Assembly (NCBI GenBank): GCA_034520565.1
Contig: JAXHNL010000002.1
Span: forward strand, 320,001 to 384,000
Reading direction: 5' to 3'
DNA length: 64,000 nt
Origin: Halodesulfurarchaeum sp.
GTDB lineage: Archaea > Halobacteriota > Halobacteria > Halobacteriales > Halobacteriaceae
The notes beneath the pieces are model-generated. The model was not told where the DNA came from. It worked only from the letters and a program-made list of their open reading frames with translations, and searched no databases. Numbering within the stretch: position 1 is the stretch's first letter; every line of letters starts with the position of its first letter. This document shows, in pieces, positions 31,736-41,552 of the stretch. Made by a program: the position numbers and the translations under genes.

Positions 31736-32659
31736 ATGCTCACAGAAGGCGAGATTCGCGCCCTTACTACCCTCCACGGTGAGCAGACGGTCTCCGAACT
31801 CGCAACGAATCTCGATCGGAGTCCCAGCTACACCTCGGAACTCGTCGAACGGCTCGAAACGGCTGGCCTCGTCGAGACACGCCGAGAGGGGAAAACAAAG
31901 CAGATTCGACTGTCGGACGCAAAGGCACTCGAGTTGCTCACGGATCTAACGCAGCAGTATTCACACATCGACTGGCCGGAGCTGGTATCTGGTGCGGCCC
32001 TCCGTGTTTGCTACTATCTCGACACCCCACGGACCGTGACCGATCTCGCAGCCCACGCCGACGTCCACAGAAGTACCGTCCACCGTGCACTTGACCCGCT
32101 TCAACATCGCGGAATCGTCTACCAAACCGATGACGGGGCGTACGCACTGAATGACGGCTTCGAACAGCTGCGTGCATTCGCTCGTGAGGTTGCCCATCAC
32201 GTCCACCGCCAGACTGTCGAAGCCCAGACCGACACGTACACGATTCTCTGGGAATCCCTCGACGAGTTCCTCGTACAGACGACGACTGAAATCATCGACG
32301 AACACTTCATCCCGACGGGACCGGACCAATTCCAACGATATGACCTCCCGCTGTTGGCACGTGACCGTCGATACTACCTCTATTCGGAGACGACGAGTGA
32401 GCTCTCTCCGGAGATGTTGTGCTGTCACATGCTCGTGATCGATTCGGGCCCACGTTCGCTGTCATACTGCCTGCTCCTGCTCAGCCACGTCGACATCGAC
32501 CGCGACGAACTCCGAACCCACGCCGTCACGTACGGCGTCGACGATATCGTCGACGAACTCTTGACGTATCTCGACACCAGCGGAGCCCAGCGGACAGATC
32601 GACTTCCCGAGTGGGAGAACTTCCAGGAACTGGCTGAAGAGTACGAGGTGACGCCATGA
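31736..32659 (+). CDS. Double winged-HTH protein, putative AbiEi-like antitoxin/autorepressor
   Basis: wHTH1 TVSELATNLDRSPSYTSELVERLETAGLV, wHTH2 TVTDLAAHADVHRSTVHRALDPLQHRGIV, uncharacterised C-terminal domain; ATGA overlap with the NTase. Confidence 0.75.
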   Translation: MLTEGEIRALTTLHGEQTVSELATNLDRSPSYTSELVERLETAGLVETRREGKTKQIRLSDAKALELLTDLTQQYSHIDWPELVSGAALRVCYYLDTPRTVTDLAAHADVHRSTVHRALDPLQHRGIVYQTDDGAYALNDGFEQLRAFAREVAHHVHRQTVEAQTDTYTILWESLDEFLVQTTTEIIDEHFIPTGPDQFQRYDLPLLARDRRYYLYSETTSELSPEMLCCHMLVIDSGPRSLSYCLLLLSHVDIDRDELRTHAVTYGVDDIVDELLTYLDTSGAQRTDRLPEWENFQELAEEYEVTP

Positions 32660-33468
32660 GGGCGCGATTCGATAGCGCATACATTCGCTCGGAACTCGAG
32701 CGCATCGGCCAGCAGCTGGACGAGCCACTCACCGTCTTCTTGATTGGCGGTGGTTCGATGGCGTTTCGCGGACTCAAAGAAACGACCAAAGATATCGACC
32801 TCATCGTTTCCTCCGGCGACGATCTGCGTCAGTTACAAGCGGTGCTCCTCGAACTGGGGTACGATATCGTCCGGGAACCGGACGACGAGTACGAAGAACT
32901 CGGTGCCCAGCGCATCCTCGAGAACGATGATGGATGCCGCGTCGACGTTTTCAACCAGCAGGTGATCGGCAAATTGATTCTTTCATCGGGCATTCGTGAA
33001 CGAAGCGAACGGCGTCTCGATCCGGGGAATCTCGTGGTCGAGCTCGTAAGTAAAGAAGACGTCTTCCTGTTCAAAGCGGTCGCCGGTCGGGTGGACGACG
33101 TCGAGGATATGTTTTCGTTGATGCAGACCGGCCTCGAGTTCGACGTCGTCGAAGCCGAACTCGAGACGCAGGTCGAACTATTGGATCAAGAACTGTTCGT
33201 GACGTACGTCAACGAAGCGTTGACCGATCTCACCGAACAGCACAACGTGACGACGCCGTTGCACGAGCCCGTGGCGGAGATCACCGAGCGCGTCTACGAG
33301 GAGCTCGAAGTGCTGCACGCGCTTGACGAACCGAAGTTGGTGGCTGACCTGCAAGGAGAGCTTGACTTGTCTGCAGCGGACGTACAGGAGATTGTGAGAC
33401 GGCTGGAAGAGAAAGACGCCGTCGTGCTAACGGATGGACGCGTGGAACGTCGCTCATCGACGATCTGA
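32656..33468 (+). CDS. Pol-beta-superfamily nucleotidyltransferase (DUF6036/AbiEii-like) with C-terminal wHTH
   Basis: IGGGSM...TKDIDL, RVDVF, FKAVAGRVDDVED, C-terminal helix-turn-helix-wing. Confidence 0.8.
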   Translation: MRARFDSAYIRSELERIGQQLDEPLTVFLIGGGSMAFRGLKETTKDIDLIVSSGDDLRQLQAVLLELGYDIVREPDDEYEELGAQRILENDDGCRVDVFNQQVIGKLILSSGIRERSERRLDPGNLVVELVSKEDVFLFKAVAGRVDDVEDMFSLMQTGLEFDVVEAELETQVELLDQELFVTYVNEALTDLTEQHNVTTPLHEPVAEITERVYEELEVLHALDEPKLVADLQGELDLSAADVQEIVRRLEEKDAVVLTDGRVERRSSTI

Positions 33469-33820
33469 CTGCGGGGGCCCGAAGTCCCTAACCAACCACA
33501 ATCGGCCACCACTCACGACGATAGTCGTGATGACTATCTGCTCTGCTGGGTGGCCGACTTGTGCTGTACATTCAGTACCCCAGAAGCTAATTCACTATTG
33601 CCCAACTCACATTCAATCCCCGTCACCGGAGAGACCTGTCTTTACCTTCTCCTACGGGCAGTACGTTCGAGAGAGGATCGGTCGGCTAATTATGGCAGTA
33701 CATACAGCCGGTTGGCTGTGGCTGAAATGCCATTCGGCGAAATGGAAAAAATACAAATGGTCGAAGGGGTCGTTCCTCGATTATATTTTACAATTAATTC
33801 GGACCGCCTGTCTGATAGAT

Positions 33821-33890
33821 GTTCGCGAGCGAAACCGGCGTCCCGCTTCTCGCGGCCTCAGTTCACCGCTTTTGGCCAAACTCTTCCTCC
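33821..33890 (+). repeat. Degenerate, internally deleted inverted copy of the 31171-31323 element (right flank)
   Basis: Three collinear blocks match the reverse complement of the left element: TTCGCGAGC 9/9, GGCCTCAGTTCAC 11/13 (same 23-nt spacing), CTTTTGGCCAAACTCTTCC 15/19. Confidence 0.6.
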
Positions 33891-34056
33891 TCGCGATCGT
33901 CGGTTCGGGAATCGACCAGGTGGCGACCCGCCAACGCCGGTCGCACTTCGATTTCGTCACCGGTCTTGAGGACGGGTAGGCGGTCTCGTCGGGTGTACCC
34001 TGCCGGCGGAACGGGAAAATGCCGTCATGGAAACCGGGGCGGTCCGGGTCCGATAC

Positions 34057-34083
34057 CGAACCCTTTTATAGAAGGACAAACAA
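34057..34083 (+). promoter_or_regulatory. Heat-shock-type promoter of the thermosome gene
   Basis: CGAA-ccc-TTTTATA-gaagga-CAAACAA, the CGAA/TATA/CAAA layout described for Haloferax cct promoters. Confidence 0.6.
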
Positions 34084-34096
34084 TCGGCGTCTGACT

Positions 34097-35764
34097 ATGG
34101 CAGAGCGACGAATGCAGGGCCAGCCCATGATCATCATGGGGGATGACGCCCAGCGAATGAAGGACAAGGACGCACAGGAGCACAACATTTCTGCCGCACG
34201 CGCGGTCGCGGATTCGGTCCGCTCGACACTCGGCCCGAAAGGGATGGACAAGATGCTCGTCTCCTCGATGGGCGACGTCACCGTCACGAACGACGGCGTC
34301 ACCATCCTCCAGGAGATGGACATCGACAACCCGACCGCCGAGATGATCGTCGAAGTCGCCGAGACCCAGGAGGACGAGGCCGGCGACGGCACCACGACCG
34401 CCGTCGCCGTGGCCGGCGAACTCCTCAAGGAGGCCGAGGAGCTCCTCGAGCAGGACATCCACGCGACCGCGGTCATCCAGGGCTACAACCTGGCCGCCGA
34501 GAAGGCCCGCGAGGAAGTCGACGCGATCTCGATCTCGGTCGACCCCGACGACGAGGACCTCGTCCGGAGCGTCGCGGAGACCTCCATGACCGGCAAGGGC
34601 GCGGAACTCGACAAGGGTCACCTCTCCGATTTGATCTACCAGGCCCTCCAGACCGTGGCCATCGATGCCGATGACGGCTCGACGGTCATCGACCTGAACG
34701 ACATCGAACTCGAGACCCAGACCGGCCAGCAGGTCGGCGAGAGCGAACTGCTCTCCGGGGCCGTCGTGGACAAGGACCCCGTCCACGACAACATGCCCGA
34801 CTCGGCCACGGACGCCGACGTCCTGCTGCTCAACCAGGCCATCGAGGTCGAGGAAACGGAGACGGACACGACCGTCTCCGTCGACAGTCCCGACCAGCTC
34901 CAGCAGTTCCTCGAACAGGAGGAAAAACAGCTCCGCGAGAAGGTCGATCACATCAAAGATATCGGCGCGGACGTCGTCTTCTGCCAGAAGGGCATCGACG
35001 ACATGGCCCAGCACTTCCTCGCGAAGGAGGGCATCCTCGCCGTGCGGCGCACCCGCAAGAGCGACATCGAGTTCCTCAAGGACGTCCTCGGCGCCTCGAT
35101 CGTCACGGACCTCGAGTCGGCCACCGCGGCGGATCTGGGCCATGGCTCCGTGACCCGCGACGACGCCGACGACATGTTCTACGTCGAGGGCAGCGGCGAC
35201 GGTGCCCACGGCGTCACGCTCCTGCTCCGCGGCGCGACCGACCACGTCGTCGACGAGGTCGAGCGCAGCGTCACGGACGCCCTCGACGTCGCCTCCCAGG
35301 CGCTCACCGACGGCCGCGTGCTCCCGGGCGGCGGTGCCATCGAGGTCGAACTGGCCGACCGCGTCCGGAGCTACGCCGACGGCGTCGAAGGGCGGGAGGC
35401 GCTGGCCGTCGAGGCCTTCGCCGACGCCCTCGAACTCGTGCCGCGCGTGCTCGCGAGTAACGCCGGGCTGGACTCCATCGACACGCTGGTCGAGATGCGC
35501 GCCGCTCACGAGAGCGGCGACCAACGCGCCGGCCTGAACGTCTTCACCGGTGACATCGAGGACACCTTCGAGGCCGGGATCGTCGAGCCCGCTCACGCGA
35601 AGGAGCAGGCCCTCAGCTCCGCCTCCGAGGCCGCCAACCTCGTCCTGAAGATCGACGACATCATCTCGGCCGGCGACCTGTCCACCGAGGGCGAGGAGGA
35701 CGGCGGTGCCGGTGGGATGGGCGGCGGTATGGGCGGTATGGGCGGCATGGGCGGCGCGATGTAG
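34097..35764 (+). CDS. thsB: Thermosome (group II chaperonin) subunit beta
   Basis: [30 protein letters not shown]-rich tail. Confidence 0.95.
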   Translation: MAERRMQGQPMIIMGDDAQRMKDKDAQEHNISAARAVADSVRSTLGPKGMDKMLVSSMGDVTVTNDGVTILQEMDIDNPTAEMIVEVAETQEDEAGDGTTTAVAVAGELLKEAEELLEQDIHATAVIQGYNLAAEKAREEVDAISISVDPDDEDLVRSVAETSMTGKGAELDKGHLSDLIYQALQTVAIDADDGSTVIDLNDIELETQTGQQVGESELLSGAVVDKDPVHDNMPDSATDADVLLLNQAIEVEETETDTTVSVDSPDQLQQFLEQEEKQLREKVDHIKDIGADVVFCQKGIDDMAQHFLAKEGILAVRRTRKSDIEFLKDVLGASIVTDLESATAADLGHGSVTRDDADDMFYVEGSGDGAHGVTLLLRGATDHVVDEVERSVTDALDVASQALTDGRVLPGGGAIEVELADRVRSYADGVEGREALAVEAFADALELVPRVLASNAGLDSIDTLVEMRAAHESGDQRAGLNVFTGDIEDTFEAGIVEPAHAKEQALSSASEAANLVLKIDDIISAGDLSTEGEEDGGAGGMGGGMGGMGGMGGAM

Positions 35765-35787
35765 GCGGCGACCGGATGGAGTCTCCG

Positions 35788-36037
35788 ACGAGCGAGCGGA
35801 CCGGAGGTCCGCGAGTCTGGCGAGTCGCCGAACAGCCGAACGGGCACGGTTTGCCCGTGAGGCGGGAGAGGTGCGATAGCACCTATCCGAACGAGCGAGC
35901 GGACCGCAGGTCCGCGAGACGGGCGAGGCGAGCGAAGCGAGTCTCGCCGAACAGCCGAACGGGCCGCTGGTTTGCCCGTGAGGCGGGAGAGGTCGAAGAC
36001 CTCTCTGAACGGACGAGCGGGAACGGTTACCCGCGAG
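35788..36037 (+). repeat. Tandem array of two about 105-120 bp four-hairpin units plus a partial third
   Basis: ACGAGCGAGCGGACC at 35788 and 35891; shared TCGCCGAACAGCCGAACGGGC and TTTGCCCGTGAGGCGGGAGAGGT; stems conserved, loops variable. Confidence 0.8.
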
Positions 36038-36256
36038 TATTGGGGAAATTCCGTTCGGCGTAATCTTTCAGAGCACGTTTCTCACAGTCCCCAGATGCTT
36101 GAGCTGTGATTCGCGTAGAATACGGGACTTTGGCAACAGTCCGAGCCCGAGGAACATCGCGACCGTTCAGTACAGGAAACGCATCCAACACGTCGCTGTA
36201 TCGAGAGGGTGACTGGGACGTCGATCGAGACGCCGGCTGCGTAATGCTTTTCCATA

Positions 36257-36272
36257 CACAGATTCAACACAG
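36257..36272 (+). promoter_or_regulatory. Putative RHH operator CACAG-N6-CACAG
   Basis: CACAG-attcaa-CACAG-cct-ATG; identical geometry at 52357-52372. Confidence 0.6.
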
Positions 36273-36275
36273 CCT

Positions 36276-36563
36276 ATGGCAGAAGCGGAAGCCCCACCCG
36301 AAAAAACGACGGTAAACATCCGGATGACGGAGACGTTTTTAGAAGATATCGACACAACGTGGGAGCAACTGGGCTTCAACAGTCGCAGCGAGTTTGTCCG
36401 GGCTGTGCTCCGCGATGCGCTCAAACATCCTGATTTCAACCGCGCAGATCTGAAGGCGATGCTCACAAGCGAAGCTGAGATTCGCGAAGGAAACACCCAC
36501 AGTAGTGACGAGATTAAAGCTGCGTACGGTCTTGACGGAACAGCACGCGACAGCGATGAGTGA
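36276..36563 (+). CDS. Ribbon-helix-helix (CopG/Arc/MetJ) antitoxin
   Basis: TVNIRM...IDTTW...SRSEFVRAVLRDAL; overlaps the downstream RelE start. Confidence 0.85.
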   Translation: MAEAEAPPEKTTVNIRMTETFLEDIDTTWEQLGFNSRSEFVRAVLRDALKHPDFNRADLKAMLTSEAEIREGNTHSSDEIKAAYGLDGTARDSDE

Positions 36564-36837
36564 GTGGAACTGGGAACTCACCGAAACGGCACGGTGAGAT
36601 TTTGATAAGCTTGACGAATACGCACGTGACCGCATCACCAGCAAACTCGACGAGATCGTCACCGACGAGTGGCGGGAGCCGCCGGACCACCTGGAACCGC
36701 TACAGGGCGCACCACACGAGAAGCTCCGGATTGGACCGTTCCGGCTTGGCTGTCGTGTCGACCGCACGAAGCGCCTACTCTATGTCTCGCGGATTCGCAA
36801 ACGCGGTGGTGATGCCTATCGCAGCGACGACGATTGA
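36556..36837 (+). pseudogene. RelE/ParE-family toxin with in-frame TGA at codon 14 (36595-36597)
   Basis: MSEWNWELTETAR*DFDKLDEYARDRITSKLDEI...LEPLQGAPHEKLRIGPFRLG...LYVSRIRKRGGDAY; not in ORF track. Confidence 0.82.
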
Positions 36838-37181
36838 CCAGTTCGCACACTCGGGGAACAGCCAGTTCCGCCGAAAACGTGTGAAATGAAAAACGCGTGC
36901 AATGCAAAGGACCATTATATTACATACCGCCGCTGTCTGCACCAAGCGAGTTTCGCCAATGAGGCCCCCCATTTCACCGTATGCGAGCTGGAGCGTGTTG
37001 ATTACTCCGCGTTCCCCTGTGTGAAACAGCCGCGTCGGGCCTCCAAACACCCGTTCGAGCCGTGTCACCGAAACCACCAATAAACCCAGTCGCCACGACA
37101 AATGACCGGACCACCCACGAATTGAACACCAATTTCCGACAGGCTATCGCCGTGAAAATCTACCGCCGAGTAGCAACCAAC

Positions 37182-37643
37182 TCACTCCTCCTCGATCGGC
37201 AGCGGGAACTGCGCACACTCGACCGGCGAGGAAAGCACCACGCTCGTATTGGACTCCTTGATATCCTTCTCGGCCAGGAGTTCCTTGATGATGTCGTCCA
37301 TCGAGTCCGTGTCCTCGAACTTGCCGACCGCGATGATGTCGAACTCGCCGGTCACCTCGTAGACCGTGATCATCCGGTCCATCGACTCCAGCCGGTCGGT
37401 GATCTCCGGGAGCGCCTCGCCCTCGACCTTGAGCTGGAGGATCGCCGTGACGTCATACCCCAGCGTGTCATAATCGATCACCGGAACGAACCCTTTGATC
37501 GTCCCCGCGGTTTCCAAATCGCGGAGGTGATTCGAGACGGTCGTCACCGAGACGCCGAGGGACTCGCCCACGCTGCGCAGGCTCGCCCGCCCGTCCTTCA
37601 GCAGTTCGTTGACGAGTTCGGCATCGAGGTTCTCGTAGGCCAT
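37182..37643 (-). CDS. lrp: Lrp/AsnC-family regulator
   Basis: DGRASLRS...[18 protein letters not shown]; divergent from glnA as in other haloarchaea. Confidence 0.93.
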   Translation of the reverse strand: MAYENLDAELVNELLKDGRASLRSVGESLGVSVTTVSNHLRDLETAGTIKGFVPVIDYDTLGYDVTAILQLKVEGEALPEITDRLESMDRMITVYEVTGEFDIIAVGKFEDTDSMDDIIKELLAEKDIKESNTSVVLSSPVECAQFPLPIEEE

Positions 37644-37683
37644 ACGAAACGTGGCGGGTCCCGGCCATTAGAAGTTTACGATC

Positions 37684-37704
37684 GTTCAGTTTTACTCAGT
37701 GAAC
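37684..37704. promoter_or_regulatory. Inverted repeat GTTCA-N11-TGAAC in the lrp-glnA intergenic region
   Basis: Upstream of the glnA TATA (TTTAAA about 37730); candidate Lrp site. Confidence 0.35.
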
Positions 37705-37755
37705 CCCTCGTTGCGTCAACCGTCAGGGCTTTAAAACGTCCCGTATTGGAGTTGC

Positions 37756-39141
37756 ATGTCGAACAAAATGACAACCGGAATATCTCATCCCGACGGCGGG
37801 CTCACCGCCGAGGAACAGGCAGTCCTCGACCGCATCGACGAGGAAGAAATCCAATTCCTGCGGCTACAGTTTACCGACATTCTGGGAACGGTCAAGCACG
37901 TCTCGATTCCCGCGAGCCAGGCCGAGAAGGCCCTGACCGAGGGGATCTACTTCGACGGTTCCTCGATCGAGGGCTTCGTGCGCATCCAGGAGTCGGACAT
38001 GCGCCTCGAGCCCGATCCCGAAACGTTCGCGGTGATCCCCTGGCGGGACGAGAAAAGCGGCGAGGCCGCCCGGCTCATCTGTGACGTTATCGATACCAAG
38101 ACGGGAGGACCCTTCGAGGGCGACCCGCGGACGGTCCTCAAGCGCGCGATCGCCCGCGCGGAGGACATGGGCTATACCCTCAACGTCGGTCCCGAACCGG
38201 AGTTCTTCGTCTTCGAGAAGAACGGCGACGGGCGGGCGACGACGACGACCCACGACGCAGGTGGCTACTTCGACCTCGGGCCGAAGGACCTCGCCTCCGA
38301 CCTCCGCCGGGAGATCATCTTCAACCTCGAGGCCATGGGCTTCGAGACCGAAGCCAGCCACCACGAGGTCGCCGCCGGTCAGCACGAGATCGACTTCAAG
38401 TACGACGACGCCCTGACGACCGCGGACAACATCGCGACCTTCCGGTCGGTCGTGCGCGCCACCGCCGAACTCCACGACCTCCACGCGACGTTCATGCCCA
38501 AGCCGATCGCACGGGTCAACGGCAGCGGCATGCACACCCACCTCTCGCTGTTCGACGAAGACGGCGAGAACGTCTTCCACGACGGCAACGACGAGTTCGG
38601 CCTCTCACCGCTTGCAAAGCAGTTCCTCGGCGGCGTCCTCGAGCACGCCCCGGCGATCACGGCCATCGCCAATCCGACCGTGAACTCATACAAGCGCCTG
38701 GTTCCGGGCTACGAGGCGCCGGTGTACATCGCGTGGAGTGGCGTCAACCGCACCGCGCTGGTGCGCATTCCGGCCGCCAGGCATCCGGCGGCCTCGCGGA
38801 TCGAACTCCGCTCGCCCGATCCCTCCTCGAACCCCTACCTCGCGATCGCCGTCATGTTGCATGCCGGCCTCGACGGGATCGAGAATGAAACCGAACCGCC
38901 CGAGCCGGTGCGGGAAAACATCTACGAGTTCGACGAGGAGACCCGCGAAGAGTACGGGATCGAGACGCTCCCCGAGAGCCTCTCAGATGCCGTCGACGCC
39001 CTCGAAGAAGACGAGGTCGTCCGGGCCGCCCTCGGCGACCACGTGACCGAGAAGTTCATCGAGGCAAAGCGGCAGGAGGCCGCCGAGTACAAGCTCGAAG
39101 TCAGCGAGTGGGAACTCGACCGGTACCTCGAGAAGTTCTAA
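37756..39141 (+). CDS. glnA: Glutamine synthetase type I
   Basis: [42 protein letters not shown]. Confidence 0.97.
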   Translation: MSNKMTTGISHPDGGLTAEEQAVLDRIDEEEIQFLRLQFTDILGTVKHVSIPASQAEKALTEGIYFDGSSIEGFVRIQESDMRLEPDPETFAVIPWRDEKSGEAARLICDVIDTKTGGPFEGDPRTVLKRAIARAEDMGYTLNVGPEPEFFVFEKNGDGRATTTTHDAGGYFDLGPKDLASDLRREIIFNLEAMGFETEASHHEVAAGQHEIDFKYDDALTTADNIATFRSVVRATAELHDLHATFMPKPIARVNGSGMHTHLSLFDEDGENVFHDGNDEFGLSPLAKQFLGGVLEHAPAITAIANPTVNSYKRLVPGYEAPVYIAWSGVNRTALVRIPAARHPAASRIELRSPDPSSNPYLAIAVMLHAGLDGIENETEPPEPVRENIYEFDEETREEYGIETLPESLSDAVDALEEDEVVRAALGDHVTEKFIEAKRQEAAEYKLEVSEWELDRYLEKF

Positions 39142-39215
39142 GTCGCGACGATTTTTCGCCCAGCGACCGTTTGCTGACCGAAACACCTGCCTTGGCCCGC
39201 CGCCTACGGTCACGC

Positions 39216-39641
39216 ATGGACGAGGCCGACGAGAGCGAGCTCTCCTCGGATCGACGGGTCGAACTCCTCGATCGGATCCGTCGCCGGACGGCCACGATCG
39301 GCCAGCAGATCCCGGAGACCGTGACGATCGACGGGGAACCCTTCGACCTCCGGGCGTTCGTCGTGGAGACCAAATCCCAGGGCGGCATCCCGCCCGACAA
39401 ACGGGAATCCGTCCGGGCGGTCCGGAAGACCCTCAGACAGGATCGGGAGCGACGCCGCGAGCGGCTGGCATCCGATTCGCTCACCGAGGCCGAAGCGCTC
39501 GCCCGAACGATCCTGGGGCTCGATCGGGCGCTCACGGCGCTCGGAAATCTCGCGGAAACCGACCTCGAGACCCGCAGCCACGAGGAGTACGTGGACGGGA
39601 CGCGGCGATGGGTGAATTTCGTCGACCAGCTCACCGACTGA
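39216..39641 (+). CDS. Conserved hypothetical protein (DUF5788-like)
   Basis: LLDRIRR..ATIGQQIPE, GLDRAL, RWVNFV. Confidence 0.7.
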   Translation: MDEADESELSSDRRVELLDRIRRRTATIGQQIPETVTIDGEPFDLRAFVVETKSQGGIPPDKRESVRAVRKTLRQDRERRRERLASDSLTEAEALARTILGLDRALTALGNLAETDLETRSHEEYVDGTRRWVNFVDQLTD

Positions 39642-39669
39642 CGGTCGGCTCCTCCCTTCTCACGGTCGG

Positions 39670-40245
39670 TTACGAAAGTGCCCAGACCGGAAGCGCGACG
39701 GCGACGGCCACGAGCGCGGCCGCGACGGTCGCCCGCGGTCGGGATCGGTCGGCTCGCAACCCGAGGGTCGCGACGACCACGCCAAGGACGATCCCTGTGA
39801 GCACGTCAGGCAGGTAGTGAACGCCGAGAAGCACCCGCGTCGCGGCAATAACCAGGACGTACGCGCCGGCCACAATCGCCAGCCACCGGCCCTCGCTGCG
39901 AAACACGCCCACGAATGCGGTCGCCAGCCCGGCCGCCGCGGTTGCATGGCCGCTCGGGAACCCGTACCCGTCCTCCGGGATCGCCATCAGCGTCTCGGGT
40001 GGACGCGGCATCCCGAGGCCGTACTTGACGAAAACCGAGACCGAGAGCACCAGGGCCACGGCCACGAGAAAGCGCCGGGCTCGGGCCGGTTCGACCCGGC
40101 CCGAGTAGACACCGAGCACTGACCCGGACGTGGATGCGATCGCCACGAGTTTCGGGCCCCCGAAGACGGTCAGGACGACCAGTGCCGGGACCGCCGGCTC
40201 CGGAACCTGCGGGGCGATTGCCGACGTGACACCCAGGTCCCTCAT
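39670..40245 (-). CDS. PAP2-family membrane phosphatase
   Basis: K...PRP, FPSGHA, TRVLLGVHYLPDV. Confidence 0.9.
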   Translation of the reverse strand: MRDLGVTSAIAPQVPEPAVPALVVLTVFGGPKLVAIASTSGSVLGVYSGRVEPARARRFLVAVALVLSVSVFVKYGLGMPRPPETLMAIPEDGYGFPSGHATAAAGLATAFVGVFRSEGRWLAIVAGAYVLVIAATRVLLGVHYLPDVLTGIVLGVVVATLGLRADRSRPRATVAAALVAVAVALPVWALS

Positions 40246-41429
40246 GACCGAAACGTCCGAACGATGTCGATGAGCCGTCCGGGAACGGAGGCTGCCTGCA
40301 GGCCGATTCCGAAGAGCACCAGCTGGACGTAGAGCCCGAGCGTCGAGAGCCACACGACGATCATCGCCAGAATGGCCCAGCCCCCGTCGAGCCAGTAAAA
40401 CGCGCCGAGGGTCATGATCGTCCCGTAGAGCAGCACGAGGTAGGGTCCCCACCCCGTCGCCTTGCCCTCGCGCTGTCGCTTGCGGACGTACGCCTGCAAT
40501 TCCGCCTCCAGGTCCGACCGGCTCACGGTTTTCTCGTCCAGGTCCTCGCGGAGCCGGTCGACTTCACGGCCGAGGTCCCCGACGTCGGGGGCCGGCTCGT
40601 GGCGATCGCTCCCGGACTCGTTTCGCTCGCCGCCATCCGGTCGCACGTCGGTAGGGCTTCCGGCCACCACGGTATTGACTACTGCGCCCACCATGATAAT
40701 AATCCCCCCGAGATAGAGCCAGGTCACGAGCAGCAAGGCCGCACCCAGGATCCCGTAGAGCTGAAAGTCGGTGACGTAGGTCGTGTAGAGCGAAAAACCC
40801 GTGGCCAGTACGGCCCAGCCGACAGCGGCCACGAGCGTCCCGGGGATCGCCTCCCGCACGCTCACCTCCACGTCCGGGAGGCGGTAGTACATCGGGAAAA
40901 AGACGACACTCAGGACCGCGAGGAGAGCCAGCCGGCTCAGAACCCCCGCCAGCGGGAGCCAGTCGAAAAGAGGCAGGAGCACGCCGAGAACGGCCCCCGC
41001 GACCAGCGCCGCCGGGATACCGAGAAGCACGACGGCCGCATCGAGGAGCTTCGACGGCAGCGATTCGACCTCGCTGACACCGTAAACTTGCGAGAAGGCC
41101 ACGTCCAACCCGCGAAAGACCTTGCTCGCTGACCAGGCAAGAAACCCGAGTCCGACCACCGTCGCCCCGCCCTGGGTCGTGCTGTCGGCGAGGGCCTGAG
41201 TGACGATGTCGACTACACCCGGTGTCAGAAACTGGTCGGCCCCGGTCAAGAGCGGGGCGAGGCGGCCGGGCCCGAGAAGCTGGCCGACGGCGAGCCCGAG
41301 GAACGCGAGCGGGATGATCGAGACGAAGGCGTAGTACGCGATCGCCGCAGCGAGGAAGGTGACCTGACTCTGCTGAATGGTCGCGTAGACGGCCCGAAGC
41401 ACGAGTTGCAGGTCACGATTCCAGGACAC
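40242..41429 (-). CDS. YihY/BrkB-family membrane protein
   Basis: [29 protein letters not shown]. Confidence 0.88.
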   Translation of the reverse strand: MSWNRDLQLVLRAVYATIQQSQVTFLAAAIAYYAFVSIIPLAFLGLAVGQLLGPGRLAPLLTGADQFLTPGVVDIVTQALADSTTQGGATVVGLGFLAWSASKVFRGLDVAFSQVYGVSEVESLPSKLLDAAVVLLGIPAALVAGAVLGVLLPLFDWLPLAGVLSRLALLAVLSVVFFPMYYRLPDVEVSVREAIPGTLVAAVGWAVLATGFSLYTTYVTDFQLYGILGAALLLVTWLYLGGIIIMVGAVVNTVVAGSPTDVRPDGGERNESGSDRHEPAPDVGDLGREVDRLREDLDEKTVSRSDLEAELQAYVRKRQREGKATGWGPYLVLLYGTIMTLGAFYWLDGGWAILAMIVVWLSTLGLYVQLVLFGIGLQAASVPGRLIDIVRTFRS

Positions 41430-41552
41430 ACCGGCTATTCGGCGGGACCGGCCAAATAGTCCGTGGCTCTCGATCCGTTCGGTTCTCCTGGCCCAGCACC
41501 CCTCCCCCAGCGGCGGCATCGGCCTCTTCCGCGACGAGAATAGCCTCCACGC

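Noticed and set aside
33835-33843. CCGGCGTCC matching the tRNA-Ser 3' end (31156-64) as attR
   Set aside because: A 9-bp GC-rich match is expected by chance, lies inside the repeat element, and no integrase is present
35700-35760. GGCGGCATG-like tandem repeats
   Set aside because: They encode the normal GGM tail of the thermosome
35788-36037. Possible CRISPR array
   Set aside because: Only two long composite units, no constant repeat with unique spacers, no cas genes
36595-36597. TGA recoding as selenocysteine in RelE
   Set aside because: Haloarchaea are not known to use Sec, and the position fits Arg (CGA), so it is a simple nonsense change
36840-37180. Small ORFs after the RelE pseudogene (36886..37083, 36775..37101)
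   Set aside because: No recognisable motifs and non-halophilic composition
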